Below are positions 28,029 through 37,739 of a stretch of 64,000 nucleotides of DNA, piece by piece (position 1 is the stretch's first letter; each line of letters opens with the position of its first letter). The DNA comes from a virus. The stretch spans positions 1 through 64,000 of the IMG/VR virus record IMGVR_UViG_3300050821_003659. One strand, 5' to 3'. The notes under the pieces are model-generated. The model was not told the DNA's origin. It searched no databases and worked only from the letters and a program-made list of their open reading frames with translations. The position numbers and the translations under genes were made by a program.

Positions 28029-28453
28029 GACTGACCGCACGTGAAAAAGATTCTGACATGTTCGAGCGGCTGCTGAGAATCAACGACGAGAGTTTCAATC
28101 TTGATGAGCGGGCGTCCCGCGAGAAGTTCAAGGCCCTGTTCGATGCGAACGCGGTGTACGTTGACAGTGCACTGACACCAGCCGCCTTCGCGATAGTCAC
28201 TGATCGCGGCGGGCCTTATGTCATCGTGATCGCGGTGACGAGCAGTCTGCGGGGTCAGGGCGTCGGCTCTGCTCTCCTGCGGGAGATCGCAGAGTACAGC
28301 CGAGCATGTGGTGAGTACGGCGTGGCTCTGATGTGCAAGATTGACAACTGGCAAGCCCAGAGACTATACTTGAAAAATGAGTACCGAGTGGTTCGCGTCG
28401 TGCCGGGATATTACGGAGCGACAGACGGGCTTCTCATGAGGAGAAAAATATGA
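28025..28453 (+). CDS. GNAT acetyltransferase (RimI-like)
   Basis: IAV....RGQGVGSALL, DNWQAQRLY, GYY..TDGLLM. Confidence 0.85.
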   Translation: MRLTAREKDSDMFERLLRINDESFNLDERASREKFKALFDANAVYVDSALTPAAFAIVTDRGGPYVIVIAVTSSLRGQGVGSALLREIAEYSRACGEYGVALMCKIDNWQAQRLYLKNEYRVVRVVPGYYGATDGLLMRRKI

Positions 28454-29286
28454 CCAACATCGAATGCACCAAGTGCGGAGACGTAGTCGAAGTCACGGCG
28501 GACACCGTCGTGCTGCCTTTCGTTTGCATGTCCTGCGAAGACGCCATCGCGAAGTTCACGCAGGAGTTCGTTCCGCCCGCCCCCGTCACCGACGAACAGG
28601 CCGAGGTTGCCGCGTTCTACGAGAAGATGGCTCCCGAGTCTGAGACGACCGAGCCTGAGGAAGAGTTCGCGACCGTCGAGAACACGACGCTTCTCATCGC
28701 TGACCTTGAGGAGCAGTTGCGTCAGGAGAGAATCCTGTCAGACTCGCTGAAACTCCGCATCGAAAACGGAGAGGAAAAGAACACTCAACTGCTGATCGAG
28801 AAGAATCGTCAGGCTGACACGATCCGTACGCGTGGAGTACAGATCGAGAATCAGGCGAAGACCATCGCGTCGTATGAGAACGACATCGACGGGCTGCTCG
28901 ATAAGCAGGTACGCTCGAACGTCGCCCTCCAGTTCCTGAAGGCCGTTATCTACCAACTCGGCAAGGCCGGGATGGAACTTCGCAAGGAAGTTGATACGCT
29001 GAAGACCAAGGTCGTGAGTGAGCAGCGACGTACGGAGATCGAGAAGATGATCTCGCAGATGAATGCGTCCTCCGCAAATGGATACGCTTCTCAGGCTGCT
29101 GACCTGCGATACGAGATCGACCAGTTGAACGCCGAGATCGATACTCTGAAGCTGAACCTGAAGTGCACGAAAGAAGAACTAGCGACCGAACGTCGTAAGT
29201 CTCTTTGGACGCGGTTCGTAGAGCAGTGGCGTGCAGAGGCGAAGCGTGCTGCTGAAGAGAACAAGGACTACTACGGCGAGATATAA
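28450..29286 (+). CDS. Zn-ribbon plus long coiled-coil protein
   Basis: CTKC/CMSC followed by heptad repeats. Confidence 0.7.
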   Translation: MTNIECTKCGDVVEVTADTVVLPFVCMSCEDAIAKFTQEFVPPAPVTDEQAEVAAFYEKMAPESETTEPEEEFATVENTTLLIADLEEQLRQERILSDSLKLRIENGEEKNTQLLIEKNRQADTIRTRGVQIENQAKTIASYENDIDGLLDKQVRSNVALQFLKAVIYQLGKAGMELRKEVDTLKTKVVSEQRRTEIEKMISQMNASSANGYASQAADLRYEIDQLNAEIDTLKLNLKCTKEELATERRKSLWTRFVEQWRAEAKRAAEENKDYYGEI

Positions 29287-29517
29287 ATGACCGACCCCTT
29301 CAAGTTTCAACGTGCGTTGTTTCCCGAGATGGAGCCTCGCACGATTGTTGTCTCGAAGGGCGGCACGCCGCACAGGTGTTACGTCGTCTGGTGCGACAAG
29401 ATCACAGACGAGATCAGAAAGAGGGTTCGGGGCAAGAACAGTAAGCTGTTCGTCTCGATGCACACAAGTCATAGTGAACCAAACGACGAGGAGGTAGCAT
29501 GGGAATTAAAAATCTAA
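29287..29517 (+). CDS. hypothetical protein
   Basis: Abuts neighbouring ORFs. Confidence 0.55.
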   Translation: MTDPFKFQRALFPEMEPRTIVVSKGGTPHRCYVVWCDKITDEIRKRVRGKNSKLFVSMHTSHSEPNDEEVAWELKI

Positions 29518-30185
29518 TGCTCGTTCTTCTCCTCGTCGCCTCCTCTTTCGCACGCACCAAAATGTTTCCTGCAACACATGACTCTGTCCCTGCTGAGAAC
29601 AGGAGAGCCGAGATGCTGGGTCTGAAGAGGTACGAGACATTGGAGCAAGTCCAACAGGACGTAGCTTCTCTCAAACTCGTACCTCTCACAGTTCCGACAT
29701 CGAACAAGTTGCCGTTGAACCGGAGATACGCTCTGCCAGAGACGGTTGCCTTCGTGGAGAAGTTGGATCATGACTTCTATGAGATGACTGAGCATCGTCT
29801 GGTGGTTGACTCCGCAGTTCGTCCGCGTGACGTGCAGAAACGTCTGACACGCCGCAACCGGAACGCCGCCCCAGCGGATGGGGCAAGAGCATCAAGTCAT
29901 GAACGTGGCACGACAGTTGATCTCGCCCGCCCCCGTAAAAAGGGCGACCTGCGATGGCTTCTGCTGCGGCTGGCCTATTACAAGGCACGCGGCGATATTC
30001 TGGTCATCGAGGAGCGGGCCTGTATCCACGTCTTTGTCGGAGGGTCGCATGAGTTGCGTCTACAAGATTCGCAGGAAGTCGGATGGTCTGTACTCGAAGG
30101 GCAAGACCAGCCCCAGTTTCAACAAGGTGGGCAAGACGTGGAGTTCGTGGAGGAATCTCGTCCTGCACCTCTCCCTTGTCCGTGA
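29499..30185 (+). CDS. secreted M15/DUF5715-like peptidase (candidate endolysin)
   Basis: Signal peptide; SAVR, QKRL..RN.NAA, SSHERGTTVDL, E..CIHV. Confidence 0.7.
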   Translation: MGIKNLMLVLLLVASSFARTKMFPATHDSVPAENRRAEMLGLKRYETLEQVQQDVASLKLVPLTVPTSNKLPLNRRYALPETVAFVEKLDHDFYEMTEHRLVVDSAVRPRDVQKRLTRRNRNAAPADGARASSHERGTTVDLARPRKKGDLRWLLLRLAYYKARGDILVIEERACIHVFVGGSHELRLQDSQEVGWSVLEGQDQPQFQQGGQDVEFVEESRPAPLPCP

Positions 30186-30336
30186 CGGTCTGACTCACGT
30201 GAAGCCACAGGACAGGCTCCGTGAGGTGTACAACGGCTGCGAGATCGTGGAGTTCAAGGAAACGAGCAGCGTGCGGATCGACAGCTTCTTCGCAACATTT
30301 TTTGAAGAGAAGAAATCTCGCTTCGAGGGGGACTGA
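30049..30336 (+). CDS. phage hypothetical protein
   Basis: GGAGG RBS; YKIR..DGLYS.G...F.K.GKTW pattern. Confidence 0.65.
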   Translation: MSCVYKIRRKSDGLYSKGKTSPSFNKVGKTWSSWRNLVLHLSLVRDGLTHVKPQDRLREVYNGCEIVEFKETSSVRIDSFFATFFEEKKSRFEGD

Positions 30337-30563
30337 TGAGCTATCTCACATTCACGGAGTATCCAGCAAAGGGAGTGACGAAACGCTGGACGGTCGCATC
30401 GAAGACGGGCGTTGTTCTCGGAGAGGTGAAGTGGTACTCCGCGTGGCGTCGGTACATCTTCTTTCCGAACGCACTCACGTGTTACGACGCCGACTGTCTG
30501 CTCGACATCGTGACGTTTCTCAATTCGCAGATGCAGTGCTATCGCGATCAGAGAACCGTATGA
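30336..30563 (+). CDS. hypothetical protein
   Basis: LGEVKWYSAWRRYIF pattern; TGATG coupling. Confidence 0.65.
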   Translation: MSYLTFTEYPAKGVTKRWTVASKTGVVLGEVKWYSAWRRYIFFPNALTCYDADCLLDIVTFLNSQMQCYRDQRTV

Positions 30564-30647
30564 ACCACTGGGAGACACCCGAGGAGTTCCGAAGCTGGTG
30601 CCTGAGGATGGCGGCACTGCTCGACAAGAATCTGGAGGAGGCGAAAC

Positions 30648-30881
30648 GTGGAAAGCCAAGTGACGATCAACGCGGAGCAGTTGTCGAAGACCGCACAGCA
30701 TCTGCGGACGACACTGTTCGAGATGAGCAAGACAGTCGAGCGGTTCGATAACACGTCCGCCGCACTGATGCAGTACAGCGAAGGCTTCCTCGAACGTCTG
30801 GAAGCGATCATGAAACGAATGGAGAAGATCAATGAGCCAACCATCCACCCCGACGCCGTTCGCCCCGCTACTTTCCTGTGA
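30648..30881 (+). CDS. hypothetical helical protein
   Basis: GGAGGAGG RBS, GTG start. Confidence 0.6.
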   Translation: MESQVTINAEQLSKTAQHLRTTLFEMSKTVERFDNTSAALMQYSEGFLERLEAIMKRMEKINEPTIHPDAVRPATFL

Positions 30882-31209
30882 GATCACGACTGAGACGGTC
30901 GTCGCGACTGACGGGCACGAGGAGCATCCCGAGTCGATGCGTCCCCGAGTGTTCCTCACTGTCGTACAGAACGACAGCCGAGGGGACATCTTTTACGCGA
31001 GACATTACGAAGTTCTCGCCACAGGGTATGTGATCCCGTGGCAGACGCTGCCTGAGGGCAAGTTCGACTATCTGCACTTCTCGGTGCCCACGCTGAAAGC
31101 CTTCCGGCTGGCACACGCCAGCAATCCGAGTACGGCATTCTGGAACGGCACGCTGCGTCGGGTGTACGAATCTGTCGGCCCGAGCATTCCGACACTGGAG
31201 ATGAAATGA
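30832..31209 (+). CDS. hypothetical protein
   Basis: GGAG RBS. Confidence 0.55.
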   Translation: MSQPSTPTPFAPLLSCEITTETVVATDGHEEHPESMRPRVFLTVVQNDSRGDIFYARHYEVLATGYVIPWQTLPEGKFDYLHFSVPTLKAFRLAHASNPSTAFWNGTLRRVYESVGPSIPTLEMK

Positions 31210-31888
31210 TCCGACATCTGCACATGACGCCGGGGCCGAGCATCGCTGACCCCTGCAACACCGCCGTCTTTTACGAGGCACGGTACGCCGACCCGAAGCT
31301 GGGTCAGGAGCATAAAATCTGGGGCGGCTGGCGATGCCGTCTGATCCGCTGGCTCGTTCAGCGGTGGATGCCGACGCCGACCGTCTGGTGGGCTGATCTG
31401 AGGAAACGTGAGACTACCGTCACCACCGATCCCCGCTGAAGTGTGGGAGTTCCTGAGGATCGCAGAGGAGCAAAATGACCGAATCACAGGCGTACAGGAT
31501 GCTGGGCTGGCCCGCAGGGGGCGGGGAGCCACACAGCGAGAACAGGTTCGTCCTGCCACTGAGCGGGAGTGAGTCCGAGGACTGGTTCGTCACCCGATGT
31601 TACGACTGTCGATGGAGCGGCGTCTCGCTGGGACATATTCTTCCAGAGGGATGTCCGTCGTGCGGAAAGGCGTGGAGCCATGTCATCGGATAACCGTGTA
31701 CCAGATAAACCCGAGAACGATCCTCTCGTGATAATGGAGGAGTACGTCGCCGGGGAGTGGATCAGGGTGCCGCAGTACCCCCGGCTCCTGCACCCCGTGC
31801 ACGGGGCCTCCTGCCTGTCGGCTCTCAAGCGGGTGCACAAGTCGAGGAAGTTTCGACTCACACCTGTCCCAGAAGAGGACATACCGTT

Positions 31889-32299
31889 TTGAGCATCGAC
31901 AGCGTAGTCGCCAATCTCGCGGCCCAACTGTCGCACAGAGCCGCCGTGTCGATGAACGCCATCCTCGCTGGCATGGCTCCGAGCCAGAAGGAACTTTTCA
32001 CCCTCCCGGCTCCGGGCATCTGGGTTTACAAAGTAGAGTACCGAGTCTGGCTCCGATACGCGGACGGGCGAGAGTGCTGGTCGCCAGACTGGTACCACGC
32101 TGTGAACGGCAGAACCTGCCTCGCGTGGTACAAGCGACGGGCCGACGCGGAGAAGGCTCTCGTGCGTCACAGGGCACGGCATTCGTGCTGGGGAGTCAAA
32201 GAGTACCGCGTGCGTGCTGAGACGCACCCCGAGTATCCCTACCGCCGCGATCTCGATCCCCGAGCCAAGAACATCAACAGACTACGATCTATAAAGTAA
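31889..32299 (+). CDS. hypothetical protein, last gene of the operon
   Basis: Coupled ORF ending just before a terminator. Confidence 0.5.
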   Translation: MSIDSVVANLAAQLSHRAAVSMNAILAGMAPSQKELFTLPAPGIWVYKVEYRVWLRYADGRECWSPDWYHAVNGRTCLAWYKRRADAEKALVRHRARHSCWGVKEYRVRAETHPEYPYRRDLDPRAKNINRLRSIK

Positions 32300-32302
32300 A
32301 CT

Positions 32303-32337
32303 CGCCACGTACCCGTGATTCGGGGCGTGGCGTTTTT
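32303..32337 (+). terminator. intrinsic terminator
   Basis: CGCCACG...CGTGGCG followed by TTTTT. Confidence 0.75.
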
Positions 32338-32859
32338 GCGTTTCCCTTCCTGCCCCGGTGCCGCCCCGATCCCTCCCGCTGAGCACGGCGTTCCAGATTC
32401 GCGAATACGGAATGCAGCTTAGCCAGAGGGGGGTCGCAGGGGAGGTAACCTCCTATGAAAAACCATATATGCAGGGGGACTCAGTCAGGGAGTCCCTTAG
32501 GGGAGGTATGAAAAATAATATCCCCCCATGCGTCGAGTAGAGGGTCAGGAGTCCCTTGGCTAAGCCAAGCTCCGCTGGCCCGCGAGGGGTGCCGGGACTC
32601 CCCCGCCGCCGCCCTCGGCCCTAAGTACTGACCCCCTGTCAACGCTCTGATTCCAAAGAGTTTAGTACCCCTGACCCTGTACCCCTTTCGCTCTGTGTTC
32701 TCCCCGAGCTAACTCGTTTACAATGTGCAGTTACAGCGGTGGGACGCCACGCGAGTGCAGAATGTAGCGTAAGGCGTGTAGAATCACAGCGTTACAGCGT
32801 CCTGCACCAATATAGTGTTTTGGTGCACGGCATTTCAGCGTCCCGCGTCCCACTTCAGA

Positions 32860-33530
32860 GGGGCGAAGGGATTGCGTAGCCAAACCGACCAGTTGGTTGT
32901 GACGCTGGGACACAGCGAAGGGAAAGCGATGATATGGTTTATCATAGATCGCTACTGTTTCTCATAGGCGAATGGAATGCGTAAGGCTGTGTACTGTGTA
33001 AACGGTACAGCGAATGAACAGCGAATGCTGTAACCCTGCGTGTGGTGTATTGTGTACAGTGGCTGCGTGCTGTGCTCTGCGTGTGGCGTGCAGTGCTTCG
33101 CCTTTGGTTCTCCCTTGAGTGTATTCCTATCAGAGTCCTTAGCGTCTGCCCGATTTGCCCGAGTTCGCCGTGCGTTCGCCCTGCGTTGGTTTGTATCAGG
33201 TATTGGCCCGCCCAGTGACTATATACGATACAGATCGATCAGGCGAAGAGAATGCGAAGGTCTGCATGAAACGTTCCTGACGCTGGGGCGAACATAGAGC
33301 GAATGTGACGTATACATCACATTTGACTGATGAGTACACAGTTGCAATTCTGTTATCTAATCAGTAACGCATGCGTGTGTCATATCGTGCACACGCGGTG
33401 CCGTGCGTGGGTGAGCTATGACGCGTTACGCTTCGCCCTGCGTTCGCCCTGCACTGTCGTGCCTTGACAGTCTCTGGTCTGTCTGCCTGTCGGTGCAATC
33501 GATTGGCCCGATTCGTTCAATTTTCGCCTC
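32860..33530. repeat. dispersed GCGAA/TTCGC repeats in a non-coding region
   Basis: About 15 copies in both orientations; TTCGCCCTGCGTT at ~33175 and ~33432. Confidence 0.6.
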
Positions 33531-33622
33531 TGTTCACGGTGCGTGAACGTCACCAAATGTTGAACAGTTGGTGACAGTCAATAGCACGAAAGTGTGTACA
33601 TGGTACATGCACCTTCGTGCCA

Positions 33623-33650
33623 TTGCACGCAATACAAGGAAGAGTAGAAT
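33623..33650 (+). promoter_or_regulatory. early sigma70-like promoter
   Basis: TTGCAC-16 nt-TAGAAT before the AAGGGAGG RBS. Confidence 0.6.
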
Positions 33651-33673
33651 AGTCACAGTAAAGGGAGGCTGTG

Positions 33674-34258
33674 ATGAACGAATGCACATGCAAGGCAGTA
33701 GCGATTGACGGGCAGGTCTGGCATTCGATGTCGTGCCCAGCGAACGTCAAGGTGCGTGAGCATGCCAAGCTATCGCGTGCAGGTCTGAAGGCTGTGCGGA
33801 TGGGCGTGCGTGACGCGGGTTTCGAAGCCGAGGACAATGACTGTTTCGTCAAGGCAGTTCAGGCCATCACTGGCGTGCCCTATCGCGATGCACACGCGTT
33901 CGTGGCGAAGCGTTTCAACCGCAAGGTAGGCCGAGGCACCTTCGATGTCGTCACAATCACAATGGCGATAGAAACAGGCAAGGAACTGATCTACGGCTTC
34001 CGCCTGTTCATCAAGCCCGCTGCGATAGGCACAGGCATACGCCGCAGCCGTTTCGGGTATCGTCAGGTCACACGCTATCGCACACTCGAACAGTTCGCAC
34101 GCACGCATCGCACGGGACGCTGGTTGCTCTGGTCGAATGACCACGCGTTTGCAATGGTCGATGGCGTCGTGTACGATAGCGGTGCCGCTGGTGCACGCAC
34201 GCAGGTCACTGGCGTTTGCGAGTTCATCGAGTCCAGCAAGGTCGAAGGGGGCAACTAA
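33674..34258 (+). CDS. papain/transglutaminase-like Cys-His-Asp protein
   Basis: DNDCFVKA...NDHAFAMVDGVVYD. Confidence 0.55.
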   Translation: MNECTCKAVAIDGQVWHSMSCPANVKVREHAKLSRAGLKAVRMGVRDAGFEAEDNDCFVKAVQAITGVPYRDAHAFVAKRFNRKVGRGTFDVVTITMAIETGKELIYGFRLFIKPAAIGTGIRRSRFGYRQVTRYRTLEQFARTHRTGRWLLWSNDHAFAMVDGVVYDSGAAGARTQVTGVCEFIESSKVEGGN

Positions 34259-34434
34259 TGAAACGCATGTGGATCAATCAGCCGTCAACTCTTCAGCCGC
34301 ATCACAGCATGCACGGCGTGAACGTGCTAGCGTGCGAGGAACGTCCGGGCACAATGCGTGTTTACTTTCTGTCTGGCAACGTGGTCAGTCAGGAAATGTT
34401 TTCTAACTGTCTCTCACTTGGATGGAGGAGCTAA
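34258..34434 (+). CDS. hypothetical early protein
   Basis: TAATG coupling. Confidence 0.6.
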   Translation: MKRMWINQPSTLQPHHSMHGVNVLACEERPGTMRVYFLSGNVVSQEMFSNCLSLGWRS

Positions 34435-34769
34435 TGACAGGTATAACGCAGGGTCGCAGGTTTCGCTCAACGTCGCCGTTCACGTTCAAGCCGCAGGTCA
34501 CGCGTCAACGCACGCCAGCACAGCAACTGCAAGCCGACACGCGTCGTGTGAACCGTGCACTGCACGCGTTTGGCAACTATCACGACTTCATCCCGCTCGA
34601 TGCCGTCAACATCGAGTTGGCGGATGCTGGCTTTGATGAGTTGCCAGACATGCTGCTGTGCGGTGCACAAGGATCGATCAATGAGTCTGTCGGTCGCAAC
34701 CGCTGGCTCTCGCTCACGTGGTACAAAATGGAATCCGGTCGCTATGAGGTGGTGGCTTATGTCTCCTAA
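34434..34769 (+). CDS. hypothetical early protein with N-terminal ITQGRRFR
   Basis: GGAGGAG RBS; ends WYKMESGRYEVVAYVS. Confidence 0.7.
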   Translation: MTGITQGRRFRSTSPFTFKPQVTRQRTPAQQLQADTRRVNRALHAFGNYHDFIPLDAVNIELADAGFDELPDMLLCGAQGSINESVGRNRWLSLTWYKMESGRYEVVAYVS

Positions 34770-35388
34770 CATCGAAGTGCACGTCACGCTGTTCGACACT
34801 CAGGTCGCTATGCTGCATGCACTGCATCGCAGCGATCCGTTTCAGAACACCAACTCACAGGGCGTCGTATACGCTGAGACGCCCTGCTGGTCGCTGCTGG
34901 CAATGCCTGTGCCTGAACTGCACAGTGCAGAGACGCAGGAACGTCGCAGACTTCAACGCATCACATGGAGGGCACGATGAGAGGCGGACTGGTCTGGCAG
35001 TATCTCGAACGTAAACTGGAATGGGCCGCGAGTGTGCAGACTGTCGCGAAGCTGGCACGCGTGCAGTCGTATCTCGCAAACCGTCCCATGCTCGACTACA
35101 CGCAGCCGTGCAACATCGAATCACACTGGGATGCGATATACCTGATCGATGCTGTGCGTCGTGCGTGCAAGTACAATCACGGCGTCTGCTACTCTGGTCA
35201 ACTCGCGAAGTACAGGAGGGCACGATGAAAGCTGACTCAACACTCATCTCAATAGCCGCAGACCTCGATACGTTCGCACGGTTCTATGCGGACGAAGTCA
35301 AACAGGAGTATGCGTTCGCACTGCAATATGGCAGCGAGGAAGATGCCGCCGAAGTCGCCGCTGATCTAATGAAGCTGAGGTGTGACGC

Positions 35389-35793
35389 GTGACACGCGAC
35401 CGCATCATCCAACGCATACAGGATGCACTCTCGCCTGATCTAATCGACAAGCACTGGCAGGAGCAAGCGAAGGAACGTCCCCTGCATAACTACTGCTATG
35501 TCGCAAGCGAGGCACTGTATCACGCGTGGGGGCGTGCGTTTGGTTTCAAGCCCGCTCACATCAAAGTGCACATCGGACACGGCACACGCTGTAATCACTG
35601 GCTGCTGCGTCGTGGCGATGAGGTGCTCGACATCACAGCGTCACAGTTTGGTCGCGTGCGTATCCCATACCGTAAGGCGATCAACTGCGGTTTTCTCACT
35701 GGTGAGCGACCGTCGAATGCGTGCAAGGAAATTCTTCGACGCATCAGAATCGAACCTGAGTATCTGGCAAACTATCGCGACGAGGTGAAGTGA
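35389..35793 (+). CDS. papain/transglutaminase-like Cys-His-Asp protein
   Basis: NYCYVASEALY...NHWLL...VLDITASQF. Confidence 0.6.
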   Translation: MTRDRIIQRIQDALSPDLIDKHWQEQAKERPLHNYCYVASEALYHAWGRAFGFKPAHIKVHIGHGTRCNHWLLRRGDEVLDITASQFGRVRIPYRKAINCGFLTGERPSNACKEILRRIRIEPEYLANYRDEVK

Positions 35794-36134
35794 TGATCTG
35801 CCCATACTGCGGTGAGCACATGCACAGGACTGGCGAGGTGCCGAAGCGACCGAAGGGAATGCCGCGTCCGCAGTGGCGTGCGATGCACAAGAGACGCATA
35901 GCAACGCGGGATCACATCCTGCCACGCTCACGTGGTGGTGCTGGTCAACGCACGGTGCGTGTCTGTCACCAGTGCAACATGGAGAAGGGTGCACTCACGC
36001 TGAGCGAATATCGTGCAGTGTTGACGCGGTCGAAACGCATGCCGCACCTGTTTCACTTCGAGCGACAGATACCACGACTGCTGGTGACAGTTCTGTGTGC
36101 ACGCATGTGGTGGATCGTCCGACTCGCCTTCTAA
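35793..36134 (+). CDS. HNH endonuclease
   Basis: CPYC, TRDHILPRSRGG, CHQCNMEK. Confidence 0.85.
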   Translation: MICPYCGEHMHRTGEVPKRPKGMPRPQWRAMHKRRIATRDHILPRSRGGAGQRTVRVCHQCNMEKGALTLSEYRAVLTRSKRMPHLFHFERQIPRLLVTVLCARMWWIVRLAF

Positions 36135-36172
36135 CTTGTTGAAAACAAGCCAAATATAGTTGTATTTTTTCC

Positions 36173-36228
36173 TTGCAATAGTGTGGGCGTATGCTATGAT
36201 TGTTTCAGTTCAGTTGATTCTTTGACAA
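36173..36228 (+). promoter_or_regulatory. sigma70-like promoter followed by a boxA-like element
   Basis: TTGCAA-16-TATGAT with TG extension, AT-rich upstream; GATTCTTTGACAA about 15 nt downstream. Confidence 0.7.
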
Positions 36229-36788
36229 CCTAGAGCACAGGCCCACAGGGGAGATTCAAAGCTAAAGCCTCTGAGACTAGCCGGGACGAGCCGAATAAAG
36301 TCGATACAGTCGCCTTCGCCGGGACTGTGCCAGCGTAAAGCACTAATCTAGGCTCTGCTGAGATGCCGCACCAATGCCTCAGCAACGTAGTACAGCAGCC
36401 GCACATGAGGATGCTAACCGCGAGAAACGCCACAAGCGTACGGCACGGTAAGAGCGGAGGGCACGAGACGCAAGAGCAACTGTCGCTCTAATCGCAAGGT
36501 TGAACCCGATACCTAAAATCGGCGGTTTACCGAATCGAAAACGTGTTCAGCACACGAACCCAGAAAGCAGATTGCCTTCGATGGCACACGGCACGTGCAG
36601 ACGACCGTATCTGACGACAACGAGAAGCGTATGCTGAGCGAGTGAGTCGATTCTATGAAACAAGAATACGAAAGTCGCATGGACGCGGCACTGTTAGTTA
36701 TCCGCATGTGGAACGCGTCACACCTTCCTGAACAGAAACGCGTAGCAGAACACATCTACAACTTCGCAGAACAACTGAGGAGATTATC

Positions 36789-37259
36789 ATGTCAGCAGGA
36801 CTGAGCCGTAAGCAGATCACATCCCGCATCTACACCCGCTTGCAGTCGATCAAGTACGACCTTTCGAAAGCTGGCGTGTCCACCATATACAAGCGTGGCG
36901 GCACGCTGGTGTTCAACGAAGGCGACTCGCACATCGATGGCGGCTTCAACGTCACCTATGGCGTCTCGACCGCGTCGAATGGTGAGACGTTTGGCTTCGC
37001 TCATCTCTACGTTGTCTTCGAAGGCGTGACCACGCAGTACGGTCGCTACGACGGTGAGACGTTCGAGAAGGGCATCGAGTTCATCAAGACGCACTTCGCA
37101 CCGAAGCCCGCTGTTGAAGATGACACGCTCGACTGCTCTGGCGTGTGCAAGGACTGCGGCAACGGCACGATGAACAACAAGCTGCACGAAGCCTTCGACT
37201 TCAACGGCAACGGAGTGTACTGCCTCAACTGTGGCAGCACACACCTCGACCTTCTGTAG
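36789..37259 (+). CDS. hypothetical protein with C-terminal Zn ribbon
   Basis: GAGGAG RBS; CKDC, CLNC. Confidence 0.7.
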   Translation: MSAGLSRKQITSRIYTRLQSIKYDLSKAGVSTIYKRGGTLVFNEGDSHIDGGFNVTYGVSTASNGETFGFAHLYVVFEGVTTQYGRYDGETFEKGIEFIKTHFAPKPAVEDDTLDCSGVCKDCGNGTMNNKLHEAFDFNGNGVYCLNCGSTHLDLL

Positions 37260-37267
37260 ATACAAGG

Positions 37268-37385
37268 CACGCTGATGTCGTGCCTCATGCTAACACCTTA
37301 GGCCGGATCGTAGGGGACTGGCAGCACACTCGAAGCACCCTGTGGGCGTGTGCGATGGATGCAGGTTCGAATCCTGCTAGCGTGA
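37268..37385 (+). ncRNA. tRNA-like structured RNA
   Basis: CACGCTG/TAGCGTG acceptor-like stem adjoining a perfect T-arm GCAGG-TTCGAAT-CCTGC; no canonical D or anticodon arm. Confidence 0.5.
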
Positions 37386-37412
37386 GAGACGACATCAACG
37401 TCTGGAGGCAAT

Positions 37413-37631
37413 ATGATTATCACAGAGACGGTGCACGACAGCGGTCGCTCGTTTCGCACATCACGTGAGCGGTTCATCAGCATGGAGCAAGCACTCAACA
37501 TCCACGACCCTTTCATCATGTCCGGTTACAAGGGACTGGCGAACGGGCCAAACTGGGAGAAGGGCGAAGCGTATGGCCCTGAGTGGCGTGAGTACTTCTA
37601 TCCCCCACAACGCAACGGAATGGGGCAGTAA
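37413..37631 (+). CDS. hypothetical protein
   Basis: GGAGG RBS. Confidence 0.6.
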   Translation: MIITETVHDSGRSFRTSRERFISMEQALNIHDPFIMSGYKGLANGPNWEKGEAYGPEWREYFYPPQRNGMGQ

Positions 37632-37729
37632 CGAGGCTAGTAGCCTCGCACAGCATCACGACGAACGCTGGCCTTGCCTGAGCAATCACCTTGGCCTATA
37701 TCGTGGTGCTGTGTGAGTCTTCTGACTCT
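37632..37729 (+). ncRNA. intergenic three-stem RNA motif, copy 1
   Basis: CGAGGCTAGTAGCCTCG hairpin, CACAGCATCACGA/TCGTGGTGCTGTG stem, GAGTC/GACTC hairpin. Confidence 0.6.
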
Positions 37730-37739
37730 GGAGATTACA

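Noticed and set aside
32860-33530. Possible CRISPR array
   Set aside because: Repeats are only 5-13 bp, irregularly spaced and in both orientations; no cas operon (53262-54338 is a generic PD-(D/E)xK exonuclease).
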